Part shown: positions 46,961 to 60,416 of the stretch, in pieces
Layout: each line of letters begins with the position of its first letter
How positions within the stretch are numbered: position 1 is the stretch's first letter
Assembly: GCA_001600815.1 (NCBI GenBank)
Contig: BCKZ01000011.1
Span: 1-64,000 of the forward strand
DNA: 64,000 bases
Source: Alloascoidea hylecoeti
Taxonomy: Eukaryota
Direction of reading: 5' to 3'
Notes under the pieces: model-generated
Told to the model about the DNA's origin: nothing
Databases searched by the model: none
Seen by the model: only the letters and a program-made list of their open reading frames with translations
Made by a program: the position numbers and the translations under genes

Positions 46961-46989
46961 CAAATTGACCACAAATTGACCACAAATTG
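46961..46989. repeat. 11-nt tandem repeat (CAAATTGACCA) x2.6
   Basis: CAAATTGACCA CAAATTGACCA CAAATTG is directly visible. Confidence 0.85.
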
Positions 46990-47673
46990 TAAAAGAGAAT
47001 TTTTGATCACCATGAATGTATGCGAAATCGTACATATTGTCGTATAAGGAATTATATCAGCTCCATGTACATGTGCCTATCTAAATATGGTAACTGCTGC
47101 CAATTTTTCCACCGTATCTCTTTCGTATGGCGTGCGAAATCCTGAGGCCTGAATAGTGAAGAAATAGAGTCAGAAAATTTAACAAAGAAGGGTAAAAATT
47201 ATTTTGAAACTACAAGATTTGCGATTTATCCTTTCATCTTTTTATTCAAAATATCATATTTAGCGCCAAGCGCCCTTAAATTTCTTTGATTTTCCTAAAC
47301 CTTGGTCAAATTTAGTGATGCACACCATAGTAACAAAAACTCTTTACACAGTGATGATAGTTTATTTAAGATCTAGATCTTAAACCTGAAAAATATAAAG
47401 GGAGAACTAAACACAAAATTTGATTGATAATGATATTACACCCTATAATATATAAAGATTAGACATTATAATTGACGGGTTACTTCAAATATAAACAATA
47501 ACATGTACAAATATAAACACAAGAATTAAACCGCCAAAAAAATAAATAAAATACAAGAAAAAATATAAATTAGCGAGAGAAAAAATGATGTGGGTATTGA
47601 GAAGATGATGTATAGATATAAAAAGTATTAGGAATAAAAATAGAAATCAGATGATGGTAATTATTATATATTA

Positions 47674-49224
47674 TTAATCATTATATTTTCCATATCGTTG
47701 TTCCCAAACAAGCAATTTTCTAGTTAAACCATCCATCATTTGTGAAGTACCATCATATTTTTCAAATAAAGCATCAAATATTTGACTAGAATTATTTTTT
47801 AACTTTCCCATATTAGGTTCATTAATAGAATTATTCTCAACATTAAGTGTATCATCATTATTATTATTAATTCTTGTTGAAAACTCTTTTCTAAAAATTG
47901 AGGTTTCTGCAAAATCTCGCCTATTTTGTTGTTCAGCAGCAAGTTCTATTTGTGTTCGACCAATAAATTCTAATATTGCTGCTACTCTTTTTCGCATATC
48001 TGATAAAGTGGCACGAGCTTGTGGAATACGAGGTTTCGTAGGTTTATTTTCTGTATATGCTGATCGTGGTTTGCCACCTCTTGCCTTAGCAGGACTTGTT
48101 GAAAATTGTGCTTTGGTCGTCTTTCTTTGTCTTTTAGGCCTAGTTGCTGATGATTGTAATATTTGAGATCTCATTGGTTTTTCAATAGCAGAATCTGAAG
48201 CTATATCAGGTGAAGATAATCCGTGCATTGTTGTTGATGTATTTTGAATAGAATTATTTACTGTTTCAGACTGGTTATGTTTATTGGAATCTAGTTCCGG
48301 TGGACCGTTGAGATATCGGCTGGGTTCTCCATGTGCAACGTTATTACTTCGTTTTCGTTTATGTGAACGTCTACTTCTAGATTTACCTTCTTCTTCCCAT
48401 CCACTTTCTGTGACGTTTGATTTTTTGTTATTTTTATTCTCTGCAGCGGGACTACTGTTATCGAATCTTCTTGAACTTCGCGATGTTTCTTCATCTTGAG
48501 AATTAGCTTTTGCACCTTCTTGTATCGTCGATAATTTTTTCTTGTTTCTTGATCCTTCGGTAGAATTAGGAGTAGCTGCATTCGTCGAACTACTTGACGT
48601 ATCCGACTCATTGTTACCAGGCGTATCTTTTACAGATTCTTGTAGGGCTCGCTGCAGATCATCATATGCACTAGAATTCATCGTTCTTCGTTTAGTAGAT
48701 GTCGGTTTTGATGATTCATATGGTGATAGTGATTCCTCTTCATGAGATGATTTTGTTGATTTATGACTTTTTGTTCTCTTCAATGGAGGTTTTTCTTGAA
48801 CTTTCTTTTGAACAGGTAAATATTTTGTTGTTTTCCCATGTGGTTTAACAATAATCATATGAAGGTCAGGACGACATTGTTCACACCAGTAATGGCCTGT
48901 TACATTCTCTACAATACCCACACAATGACCATGTTGCCAAACGGAACATTTATCACATTGTATAAATAAACCATAATCAATTTCATCATCTTCATCATCT
49001 TGTTGTTCTTGTAATTCCTCATTACCACAAATACATCGAGTAACATCTCCTGTAAATTGTTCATCTTGTTCTGGATCTTCTTCAATGTCGTTCATTTTAA
49101 CATCATCATCTTCAAAATCACCCATTGATTCTTTAAAGTTTTTAACCTCGGGTCTTGTACGTCTTAGTCTTCGAGGTAACTCATCCTGTTCTTCTTTAAT
49201 GACAGGTTCATTATTATTATCATT

Positions 49225-49313
<89 letters not shown>

Positions 49314-49536
49314 TGTCGTCGTTATCGTTGTGTTCATCTGTGTTAGTGTCATTATGACCATTTTCTGAGACCTTTTCTATTTCATTAGATGTAAAAGTAT
49401 CATCAATCTCCCGTTCATTCGTTTCGGAGACAGAATCAGAGTTTTGATGTTTATGGTCGTCATTTGATTCAACTGAGCGATGAATCCCGTTGGTATTGAC
49501 GGACGATCGAGACCGTGAAGAACGAGCTGATGCCAT
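47674..49536 (-). CDS. CTI6: PHD-finger protein of the Rpd3L complex
   Basis: PHD finger [41 protein letters not shown], and the C-terminal [44 protein letters not shown]. Confidence 0.9.
49226..49312. repeat. (TCA)n microsatellite encoding about 29 Asp residues in CTI6
   Basis: Pure TCA repeat, read as GAT on the coding strand. Confidence 0.95.
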
Positions 49537-49901
49537 CTAAAAATTCAATATAAATAAAAAAGAAAACAGAAAACTATTCAAGATAATTGTGAGAAATATT
49601 AAGATATACCAAAAGAAATGCTTTTTTTTAATTATAGCAGGATTTAAAAATTGAAATGATTAATATTGAAGATCTGGAAACGGAGAAGATAAATTCTTAG
49701 TTTGTTAGTGTTGAGATATACGCGGGTTGTTCTACTATGTGCACGCTTAAATCTTTCATAATTTATAAATTGTTTTATATTATAAATTTATGATGTTATA
49801 GTCAATTACAACTTTTATATTTATACTAATACATCATATATACATTTAAATAATAGCAAATGCTATAATAAAGAAAGTCAATTTGTACTGATTTTGAGTT
49901 T

Positions 49902-51608
49902 TCAACCCTGTTTAACCCGATTTCCTATCCTCCTCATTGCCTTTTTCAACTTCCTTTCATCCAACGGTTTTAATAATTCGAAACTACATAATAATTCTTT
50001 ATTAACACTCATAACCGCACCCCAATTATCAAATTCTCCACAATAATTTGGAGCTGAAAAAACAGTTACCAAACGTCTTTTATTGAAAAATTCATAACCA
50101 TCTTGAACAACCATATGAGCTCTACAAACTAGATCAAATTTGAATTCTTTACAGAATTTTGAAACTACTTTTGTACCAAAGCAATAGGAAACACCTCTAT
50201 CATTTTCAGACCATTCCACTGTATTTGCATCAGGATCGGACCATAATAAATCACTAACTAGACCAACGTCAGGAATATCCGTAGGTCGTGAAGTATTTCT
50301 AATTAGATTCAAATCAGTTAATGATGGAGATAATCCACCATGAACACAAAAGATCTTACCTCCAATAGTAGCTGCTAAAGGTAAAGTATTGAAAACATCA
50401 ACAAAGGATTTCCATACTTTAACAGAAGCTCTTCTTTTACATTCTTCATAAAATCCATAAATTTTTGTAACAGAAGCACATTCATGATTACCTCTTAACA
50501 TGAAAAAATTTTCTGGATATTTCACTTTAAAACATAACAATAATAATAATGTTTCAATAGATTGTCTACCTCTATCAACATAATCCCCCAAAAATAAATA
50601 ATTTGATTTTGGTGGCATACCACAAAGCATAAACATTCTAATTAAATCATAAAATTGACCATGAATATCACCAACTACTTTAACAGGAGATCCTAATTCT
50701 AATAAAGTTGGTTGAGATAAAAAAACTTCAATTGCTTGCTGACAAATCATCATGATTTCGTGGTGATCAAGGCACAATTTTTCAGAATAATGACCAGATA
50801 AGCCACGTTCTAATAATTTCTCAATGGCAGAATCAATATTAGCTAATTTTTTGTTCTTCTTTGATTTGGATTGAGATTTAGATTTTAAAAATGATGATGA
50901 CGACGATGTCGAAGAAGTTGAAGGCGAGATTCCTCTGGAATTTTGATGAGGAGAAAGATGGTGTCCAAATCTAATAGCATTTGCGGGGCTTTGAGACTTT
51001 CCTGTATCTTTCATCAAACTTGGCTTGAGACATGTAACTGTGTTTTGAGATGAATCTGTAAAGCATCGTTTCAATGATTCTTCCGCCGATTCGTTAATAA
51101 CGTCCAATCCGCTGGTAATTACAGCAGGCGGAGTCTCCGAGTACTGGCTTGAAACTGTTGAATAACTACCGATTCCATTGGCTAGGCTAAACATAGAATT
51201 TGCAGAACTTACAGAGCTTGGTGAACCTTGATTTAGTGTCATGTCATAAACTGATGGGTTTTTCTGAACATTGCTAACATTCACTTTAGGTGTCGAAGAA
51301 TAACGCGGTTCGATTGCTGATTCATTATGATAGTGAGGTTGTTGTTGTTTTACATCTAAACCATGATTAATATTTTGATTTTGGCTTTTACTGCCAATTT
51401 TTTGATTTTTTATTTGATTTTTTTGATTTTGATTTTGATTTTGATTTTGATTTTGATTACCTATATAACCACTACAACCACTACTACCACCTTCGTCGTC
51501 GTCCGCAGCACTTCCAGCAGAAGTGGAGGCTGAAGAAGACGAGGTCAAGGGTCCAGATGTTATTGAATCGCTGGCGGAGGAGGCATCTCGAGACGGGGTG
51601 TTTCCCAT
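49902..51608 (-). CDS. PPQ1: PPZ/PPQ-type Ser/Thr protein phosphatase
   Basis: [55 protein letters not shown] and WSENDRG favour Ppq1 over Ppz1, as does the position beside CBC2. The MGNTPS start resembles an N-myristoylation signal. Confidence 0.85.
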   Translation of the reverse strand: MGNTPSRDASSASDSITSGPLTSSSSASTSAGSAADDDEGGSSGCSGYIGNQNQNQNQNQNQKNQIKNQKIGSKSQNQNINHGLDVKQQQPHYHNESAIEPRYSSTPKVNVSNVQKNPSVYDMTLNQGSPSSVSSANSMFSLANGIGSYSTVSSQYSETPPAVITSGLDVINESAEESLKRCFTDSSQNTVTCLKPSLMKDTGKSQSPANAIRFGHHLSPHQNSRGISPSTSSTSSSSSFLKSKSQSKSKKNKKLANIDSAIEKLLERGLSGHYSEKLCLDHHEIMMICQQAIEVFLSQPTLLELGSPVKVVGDIHGQFYDLIRMFMLCGMPPKSNYLFLGDYVDRGRQSIETLLLLLCFKVKYPENFFMLRGNHECASVTKIYGFYEECKRRASVKVWKSFVDVFNTLPLAATIGGKIFCVHGGLSPSLTDLNLIRNTSRPTDIPDVGLVSDLLWSDPDANTVEWSENDRGVSYCFGTKVVSKFCKEFKFDLVCRAHMVVQDGYEFFNKRRLVTVFSAPNYCGEFDNWGAVMSVNKELLCSFELLKPLDERKLKKAMRRIGNRVKQG

Positions 51609-51868
51609 GGGAAAATAGCAGAAAAATATAAGTTAGGTAGAAAAAGAGTAAGAAAAGAAGAAGGAACTCCGAAGAAAGCGGGCAAATCCAAATGCGGCAG
51701 TGATTCTTCCATGCCAAGATGTACGCCCTGTTTATTGCTATTCCGTGTACAATTTATCATGGCACACCCACACACCTCTTTTTGCTTCACTTCTAGATAA
51801 CTCCATATCGACTGAATATTTTCACTATTCTGTCAATTTATATTTAATTCCGCTGGTTGACGTTAACT

Positions 51869-52873
51869 ATGATGTATGATAGTGAGCCATTGAAAGAGTT
51901 TCTTCACTCGGCCGTCCGGCTTGATGTCCCTAGTGCATATCTCCTCAGGAAAGCAGTATGTTAGTTATCCCTGATATTTATCTATTTCTAATTCCAATTG
52001 CTAATTCCTGTTTTAGAGAAAATCAAAACAAGGTGCTTCAGATTTAGAAAAAGTTGGAACCTCCTCTACAGTGTATGTGGGAAATTTGTAAGTACAATTC
52101 AGATTTTATTTATTTTTTCATCTATGAAACTACTAACTAACATTTTTAGATCTTTTTACACTACCGAAGAACAAATACATGAGTTGTTTGCAAAGTGTGT
52201 ATATTTTCATGAATATAAACCGCAAAGGGATAATTTCTAACATCAAATTATTAGATGTGGTGAATTAAAACAAGTCATCATGGGCTTAGATAGGTTCCAA
52301 AAAACTCCTTGTGGTTTTTGTTTTGTTGAATATAGTAATCATACTGGTGCATTGGCTGCAGTGAAATATCTCAATGGTACAAAATTAGATGATAGAGAAT
52401 TACAAATTGATTTGGACCCAGGATTTGTTGATGGTAGACAATATGGTCGTGGTGCAAGTGGTGGACAAGTCCATGATGAGTATAGATTTGAATTCGATGC
52501 ATACAGAGGGGGTTTTTCAAGAGGTGTTTCAGATAATCAATCAAAACCTCCTCCACATAATGTTGGAGATGAGACTAGTTCAAGTATATCAAATCCAAAT
52601 ATTAGTGGCGATGTGCCTCCTTTTATGCCCATGTTGACTCCTGCTCAGCTTAGTATGATGGCAGAGGCTGTAAATCAGGGTTATTTAAATGGACCAAATA
52701 ACATGATGATGAATTTTGCAAATAATTTAACGGTTATGCCTCCATCTACGACACCTTTAAACAATGTTACTGTTAATCCTCATATTACAAAAAATAACGA
52801 AGAACACAAAACAGAGGATCCACCACAACCACCTACAACTGATGTTGATGCTGATATGGTTATTGAAAATTAA
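51869..52873 (+). CDS. CBC2: Nuclear cap-binding complex small subunit; join(51869..51955,52017..52087,52150..52194,52255..52873)
   Basis: The spliced product is [98 protein letters not shown]. Introns are 61, 62 and 60 nt with GTATGT, GTAAGT and GTGTGT donors and CTAAY branch points. Confidence 0.95.
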
Positions 52874-55800
52874 TTAATAATTTTGACTTTGTATATTTAC
52901 GGTGCATAAATTTCGGAAAATTTTCGCTGACATCCCTGAGCTTTTTGACTATATTCAGTTATTGGATTGTATACTCATCACTAGTCAATTGCAATAGCCA
53001 TTGATGTTGTTTATATTTATTCTTAATTGTATTTTATAAGGTTACAACAATAGGCTGGTTAACTAGTACTCATTCACATTCATAATATCCGATAAGAACA
53101 ACTTACAATAACAATGAATTAAATAATTCGTATATAAGCCTTATAGCCCATAAAAATGATATTATTATAATAAACATACGCGTGTTGGTAAAGCCAGAAA
53201 TACATATTTAAAAAGAATTGATATTGTATTACAAATATCACTACATCTGAATAGTTGTGAAGAAAAATATTAAAATCGAGCCATTCGAAACTTTGCATTA
53301 GTAATATAGTATATCCTCGATTTAAGAAATACAAATATTTCGCCCTAAAGCTGAGATATAATGGATTCTGGAATGAAATAAGACACGTATAATATTCCAT
53401 CAGCTAATGAATCATATGAATCGGGCATAAACATTACAAAATATTTGGATTCATTTAATTTTGGGGTCGCGATTGAACCACTTTGGTATTAAGTTTCTCT
53501 TAAATTAAGAGTATCTCCATAAAGTGAGACCTAACATTGTATCCTGAAATGGTATTTCGCAATTGTAGTTGTACAATTGCAGCACCATTACAATTAATTC
53601 CATTAATATTAATCCTCACTAGTACATGTATATTAATTATATCAACTGTTTCAAATGCTGTTGATAAATAGCACACTTTAAAACTAATAATCATAGGAAT
53701 CGTTTTATATTGTTCCGTTTTGACGAAAATAATTATATCATATGAAGTTCAGCTATAGCAATTCAAAGTAACTTTATGTAACTGTGGATCTTAACCTTTT
53801 TGTACGCTACCTTAAACCTTAACATTTCATAACGTAACCTTATTTATACACATTACATATTCATACATATTTGTGTATATTGTGTGGGGACTTCCAAATT
53901 GCCCTTGCTTAAGAAACTGAAAGTGAATATCGTTAATATTGTTGGAAATACAGTACGCACTATCGAATCAGTCAACAAGAGGTCATATGGCTTTTTGGTG
54001 CAACTGGTTCGACAATCTCTATTGAATATGTCTGTCATAGTGTAACTACTGTATCTAGCTCCGCAGAGTCTGCACAGTGATGTTTTGAGCATCCCAAGTA
54101 TATTTGAATCTGTGCTGTAGATTACTTTATATAGAATATTGTCTTTAACAAAACATCTAGATTTTATAGGTTTTGTTATACAAACATTATTGTGTTACCT
54201 TGTGTTACAATATTTCCGTCTCCTCCACAGTGTGTCACGTTAGTCCAGTATTCCTTAGTGAATTCGAAGCTAACTATAATACAATTTATATTAAGATACA
54301 TCAAAAAGCTACAAATAAACTTTTGCAACAGTGCAGATACCGTATAGGAGAATATATTATCCACATTGCATACACTGTTATTACAAGCTAAGAATTTACT
54401 CCAGAAATAACACAATTTTCACATGGTTAAGAATTCAAATACAAAACTTTCAGATTATATGTATGAATGAGTTATCACCTAATTAGGTAATTTGGGCCGA
54501 AATTATACATAACTACTGTATATAGGTGTTGGGATCCATATTTGAATACCCATCCAAGCCTCAACACATACCAATGAAAACAAAATAAGGAACACAAAAT
54601 AAGGAAAACATAAATTCTATTTGGTATTTATCTATTGTATATGGCTTTTAATAAGTCATTTAATGTTAATGTTGGTGGTTGGTGCATTGAATTCCAAAAA
54701 AAGGTAGGGAAAACCTCTATGCACGGAGAATTAAGTTGTCCGTACCACCATGATTAAATAGTACTCATATAATACTTGTCCATTTTATAAGGAACTCCAT
54801 GAATAAGTTAATCTTAACAATTTATAATCAGGTTAGGATGAGGTTGGGCCTGTGATATTAATTTACAAACATGAATAATAAAACTAGATCTAGTTCTCGC
54901 TAATTTTAGTTTAATAAAATTAAGACGGCTGAGATCCATGTTATATCTCATAAATTATAGCTATTTAGATTGTTGTATTTGGAATTGATATTTATAATTA
55001 CAATATAGCATGACCAGGAGGTGTAGTATGTGAGCTCGAATGTTACTGTTTAAGATAGTTTCTGTGAAATGGTCAATTCAAAATATTCCATGAAGTTTTA
55101 TCTACTGTTTTTAGTTATATAATTCATGCCTCTATACTCTCTAGTATAATACAATTGATGTATTATCTTTATACTATATAATTATCATGCGTAATATAAT
55201 TAACGTTTGATGTATACGCACATTTGCATTTTTACACTTCCTTACTTTAATCTAAATTTCGATTTTAATCCAATTCATAATTTGGTAATTATATTATAAT
55301 GATTTTAAGATAAATACAACAATTATACCATTAAAGTACTATAGTCCACACTAATCAGAACTGTTAATCGAATATTTAATCATTTAAACGGCTGTGGGAA
55401 TATGTGCAATCGCTCCTGATTCACCCCAAATGACAATACGTTTTTGTTCCAGGCTTAATATATAGATTCTTAACATATAATGGTAAATCCAGATCAACTT
55501 CCTGTACATATTATGGCTTCAGATATAATATGATCAGTTTTAGAAAATTAGATTAGATGGCTGCCCAATAGTGCGATATCCAACATATACTACAAGGAAA
55601 CTGTAAAAGGTTTTATGTTAGTATGTGCATTGTACACTCTTGAGCACTAAGCAGTTGATAAGTGGCCGTGCGAATTTTTGGCGTAACTGATTCTAACACT
55701 TTATATTAGTAAAGTTTATATACCTTGTTTTTTTTCTCTTGAACACAAATAGCTGTTGTTGCATAGATAGAAAATTGCTACATATAAAGCATATGTAAGG

Positions 55801-56837
55801 ATTTCATATCACCTTACAGTATAGATCTAGATTATTTACTTGGAGAGTCATTCGAGTCATAAGAGACGGATAATTGTAATCCTTAATTTCATCTTTCAAT
55901 CCAAGATTTCATGAATATTAATCAAGTAAAACATAAATCCAATATTAATTGCTTGCAGATGTTATTAATCCTACAATTTTTATAATAGCTGTAACTATAT
56001 GCATCGTATCTTTTGACTGCGTCATGTTTATATTACAATTAGCTGGCATATATTTAAAATGATTGATGTGTTTTTGTTTTCGTCTTTATTTACTTGCTGG
56101 AACTATAATCCCCATCGATAGGTTATATGTACAAACAAAAAAAGTTCCGAGGAAATAATATACTATAATTTTAATATTTAGCTAATAGCTCGCAATTGTG
56201 ATTGTGATTGAAATTTATAAAGGATAATAACCACATCATTTTTTCATATGACTAATATAAAAGTTCAAAATTTAATAGGATAAACCAGCTTCATATATAA
56301 GTATACAGTAATAGTTAAAAATTTTCTATATGATTACCACAGGCCAAGATTTCTATGACACGAGCTTAAACTTAAGTTTAAGACTAATTATTAAGTCTAT
56401 ATGCCAAGAAGCTCCAACGGTAAACTTATTTTATACAATCAGATATCTTTCTGTTTATATTTCTAAATTTTAAATGGGGGCTACATTAAACTATAATTCT
56501 TAACCGTTCAGATTTAAGCATTACTTTTGAGGCTGATAACATTTAATAAGATGCAGATTGGAAACTAAATAAGGGGCACAACATGCCGTAAGGCTACGAA
56601 AAATGTATATATTCAGAGAATCGTGATAAGAAATAAGGTTTAAATGAGCCGGTGGTGCTCGTTTATATCATAAATATTATTATAGACTATTGAGAAATGT
56701 TAAGAATTTGGGTTGGCCTGTTCTTAAATTGAGCAACCTCATAATGTTAGAATAAAACTACGGGAACAACGGACTGAGATATGGACCTTAAACAGTTCCA
56801 GTTGTCTATATTAGCGCTATAGCTGATCAGGCACATA

Positions 56838-56860
56838 CATATATATATATATATATATAT
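56838..56860. repeat. (AT)n microsatellite
   Basis: About 11 AT units. Confidence 0.9.
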
Positions 56861-59159
56861 GTGAGCAGCTTATAACAAGAAAATAACAAAGAAATGGGAG
56901 ATTATGTGACTCGATTTCAAATCTAACGTCTTTAGTTAAAGCATTGACTTCTTCTTGATCAAAGGTATCCCATTTTACTTGTATTATAGAATTTGTCTCA
57001 ATAGGAGGTCTTTTATTGCCTTCTTCCTGTTCTTCAATATCTTTACTTGGTCAGTTTTGAAGGCTTATTCATTTTGTGCCTGATGCACGCAGGAACGCGT
57101 ACGCCAAAGGGAAGCATAATTAGGTGTAAGCAACATCATGATCATCCCAAACCTGAAAAGTAATATCATCGATCCTGCGAGTAATATTCACTTATATATT
57201 ACAGCCAAATCCTCGTAATTTCAGGGCGGGTTTTTGTCCAAAGCCCTTCAGGTAGTGCCCATCAAATCTTGATTAAACTTTTTTTCATTACCTGCATGAT
57301 CACCAGGATCTGTTGTAGTTTACCCGAAAATCATAATACAACAACACAAATCATTAAACAAAAAAACTCGCCAACATCATCAAAATGAATTTATAAGGGG
57401 TAATAGTCAAACAAATCTAAACCATTTTTAAGATTTTAATACTTTTCTATTTATTACTTTCAATTACAATGTCTGAACTCGAGATCTCATGGAAAATAAC
57501 AATATGTTTCTCAACTATAACTACTCATAAGGTAAAATTATAATAAGCTCCTAAATGCTATTCTTCAACTTCTATAGTACAAACTGATGAACTAAAAAGC
57601 TGCAGAAAAGAAGCTAGATTAATATCACAACGACTTTTCCAACTGCCCAACCACCATTACATTTATAGCATAAATCCTAAAGACTAACAAATCAAAGTAC
57701 AGTTTTTAATGTACTATACCCGATTAAGAAGTATGTAATGATGCATATATAGAAGAATATAAATTAGCGATGATGATTATCTAAATTAAAGCGTAAAACG
57801 AAAGACTGAAAAAGAATTATAATACCTAAATTTTCCCAATAGAAAAGAAGTTTTTTATTAAACTATTTAAAGGTTTGACATATCAATAAATAGAATATAT
57901 TAATAATCGATATCAATCCCCGTCATTTACGTATAATCTAAATCATTCTTTTATGATCGATTAGTACTCAATTTAATAATTTATCTGTGGACTTCGGATG
58001 AGATTAATGTATCCACATGATAGATTTTGCATATAACAATATGCAATGCATATGCTTAAATAAATGACATCTCAATTAATCTTCCATTAAATATCCAATC
58101 ACGTGTATACCTTTTTCCGTTTCTTCTCTTTCATTATTATAACATTAAAGTTTTGTGACAGTTAGTTTGCAATTGAAATGTTAACTATAAATTAGGATTA
58201 GAAAAATATCAATACCTTTTTCCGACATTTCTCCGTTTTTGACTTTGTTTTTGTTTAACTGGCATGAACATGCATGTATTGTATTAAATTGGAATATTTT
58301 AATGCAATGTAAGTTACTCTTAATTAAAGTTGGGTTGATAGCTATCAAACAAACAGATCTGTCATTGTTATTAAAAACTTAATTGGAATAAGAAAATACA
58401 TGAAGATTATTTCGAATTAAAAGCCCCATATTACGGCTTAGATATATATACGCATATACTTTTATAATTCTGGATGAATTTTGAGGAGATTATTTAAAAG
58501 AATCCCTTGACCACATAGGATTATAGATCAATATTGCAATTGATTGATTGAATTCCATAGTACCTATTTCAATGATTAGCTATTGTTAATGATATTTAAT
58601 ATTATTGATAGATATACAGATTAATTAAAATATATAATAGTAATTCTTTTATGTGTTTTTTCTTCTTCTTCAATATTTTATCAGTATTGAAAGAAGAAAA
58701 AAATAAAATCATAAAATTCAAAAGATGCACAATTAATTACAAAATCAATAGCAAGCAAAAGGCAGTTGCATAGAAAAGAAATAAATAACAAGTTTCAACA
58801 ATTTGCAAACAAACAAATTTAAAGCAAACGCAAAAGCAAAGTAAACAAACCACAGTGTAGAACAAAGAAACAAATATATGATGAATTTAAAAAAAGAACA
58901 AAATAAATTAACAACTTTCCAGAAAGTATTGAGAGAACTATAATGTTAAAAAAAAAAGTGTAATGGACATGAATGATAAAACCTCCTCAAATGTAGTGAG
59001 TAAATAGGTAAGAAATGTGGATTGCAAAACATCTATAAATAAAACTAATAATAAAAAAATGAGATATAATCAAATATAATGAAATAAAATAAAAAGAGCA
59101 ATATTTTTGTGTATATGATGATGATAATACCTAACTCAAGTTTAAGGTATAATAACTTT

Positions 59160-60257
59160 CTATGTTCTATGTTGATGTGAATTAGAAGAACTTGTTTCAT
59201 CATTATCAACCAAATCATGTATTGATTTAACTTCTCCATAAGGACCAGAATTATTAGATCTTCTTCTACCATCATCCAATTGATTACGATCTGGACTACT
59301 TAAAGCACTACCTGTTTCACTCCTAGATCTTTGTCGTGACTGTTGTAAATGCTGTTGTTGAAGTAAACCAACTACTTTTCTTCTCCTCGCATTGATAAAC
59401 CAATTTGAAATTTGGCTTGCAGTAAGTCCTGTATGTCTCATTAAATGAGCTTTTTCTTCATCAGTTGGATAAGGATGACTTAAATGATCACTAAACCATT
59501 TCATTAAATAATTTGTGACTGGTTTTGGGAGATTTGATCTTCGCTTCTTAGCAACAGGTTGTAACTCCGGAGTCTGGATTGGTTGTTGATAAACCGGATA
59601 TGATAGAGCGTAGCCTTGAGGAGGATTTGAAGGACTTACCATGAAATTATAGTATTGTGGTTGAACCATTAATGGGGATTCACTTCCAGGACCAGAAGTT
59701 GGACCAGAAGGACCATTTTGATAAGGATAACGACTAAGAGGGGGAGTTGGAATTGAATTGACATAAGGAGACACTTGATTAGGAGCCGATTCGTGTCTCA
59801 CGTAATAGCCAGAGTATTGTTGGGGCTGCTGCTGTTCATTGGTATTGTAACAGGCAGGTACAGGGGTCTGAGAATGGGTGGCAGACAAAGGAGAAGGTTG
59901 TTGCAATTGGGTATGTGGGATGATATTCTGTAGAGGCAGACAGGTTGCGGATCGGGAGCGGGATTTCATATCAGGTAGCAGTTCAGATATTGGTGGGAGC
60001 AGGACAGTTGATTTGGTGTTATGCGAGGTGAGAGGATGGTTGCGATGATCGCGATCACGAGCGCTTGTACTTGTGCTGGACAGAGGAGACAGGCTTGGGC
60101 TCCTTTGTCGACCGGAGGAGTAGACGGGATGGGAAGTGTTGATTGGAGGAACTTGTCGCACATCGGCAGTAGGCTTTGACGATATTCTGTCTACATCTGA
60201 GTTTTGAATTGAAGAGAAAGATGGGTACATGTTGGGGGACGAGGCATATAAAAGCAT
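59160..60257 (-). CDS. CUP9: TALE-class homeodomain transcription factor (Cup9/Tos8)
   Basis: KKRRSNLPKPVTNYLMKWFSDHLSHPYPTDEEK..QISNWFINARRRKV and LLPPISELL. The first ATG is at 60257 (the track start 60290 is GTG); the gene is convergent with CBC2. Confidence 0.9.
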   Translation of the reverse strand: MLLYASSPNMYPSFSSIQNSDVDRISSKPTADVRQVPPINTSHPVYSSGRQRSPSLSPLSSTSTSARDRDHRNHPLTSHNTKSTVLLPPISELLPDMKSRSRSATCLPLQNIIPHTQLQQPSPLSATHSQTPVPACYNTNEQQQPQQYSGYYVRHESAPNQVSPYVNSIPTPPLSRYPYQNGPSGPTSGPGSESPLMVQPQYYNFMVSPSNPPQGYALSYPVYQQPIQTPELQPVAKKRRSNLPKPVTNYLMKWFSDHLSHPYPTDEEKAHLMRHTGLTASQISNWFINARRRKVVGLLQQQHLQQSRQRSRSETGSALSSPDRNQLDDGRRRSNNSGPYGEVKSIHDLVDNDETSSSNSHQHRT

Positions 60258-60409
60258 AGTTGTCTGACCAGTAATTGTTGGTGAGGACACACACAGCAGT
60301 GGTTTGGAGTAAAAGCCAAAGAGAAACTTAAAGCTTTAAAGAAGTTGAGATGCAAAAATGCAGGAATATATAGATCCACAGTAATATTAGAAAAGCGGAG
60401 GAAGGAGAT

Positions 60410-60416
60410 TTTATAT
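60410..60416 (-). promoter_or_regulatory. Candidate TATA box of CUP9
   Basis: TATAAAA on the minus strand, about 155 nt upstream of the ATG and followed by a pyrimidine-rich leader. Confidence 0.5.

Noticed and set aside
49085..49361. Poly-Ser and poly-Met ORFs, and similar antisense or alternate-frame ORFs inside JJJ2, WBP1, THI4, the MFS gene and the hAT-derived gene
   Set aside because: Shadow frames caused by trinucleotide repeats and codon bias of the real genes.
59160..60257. Mating-type homeodomain gene (MATalpha2/a1)
   Set aside because: RRSNLPK..HPYPT..NWFINARRR is the Cup9/Tos8 TALE signature, and the neighbours match the CUP9 locus rather than MAT.
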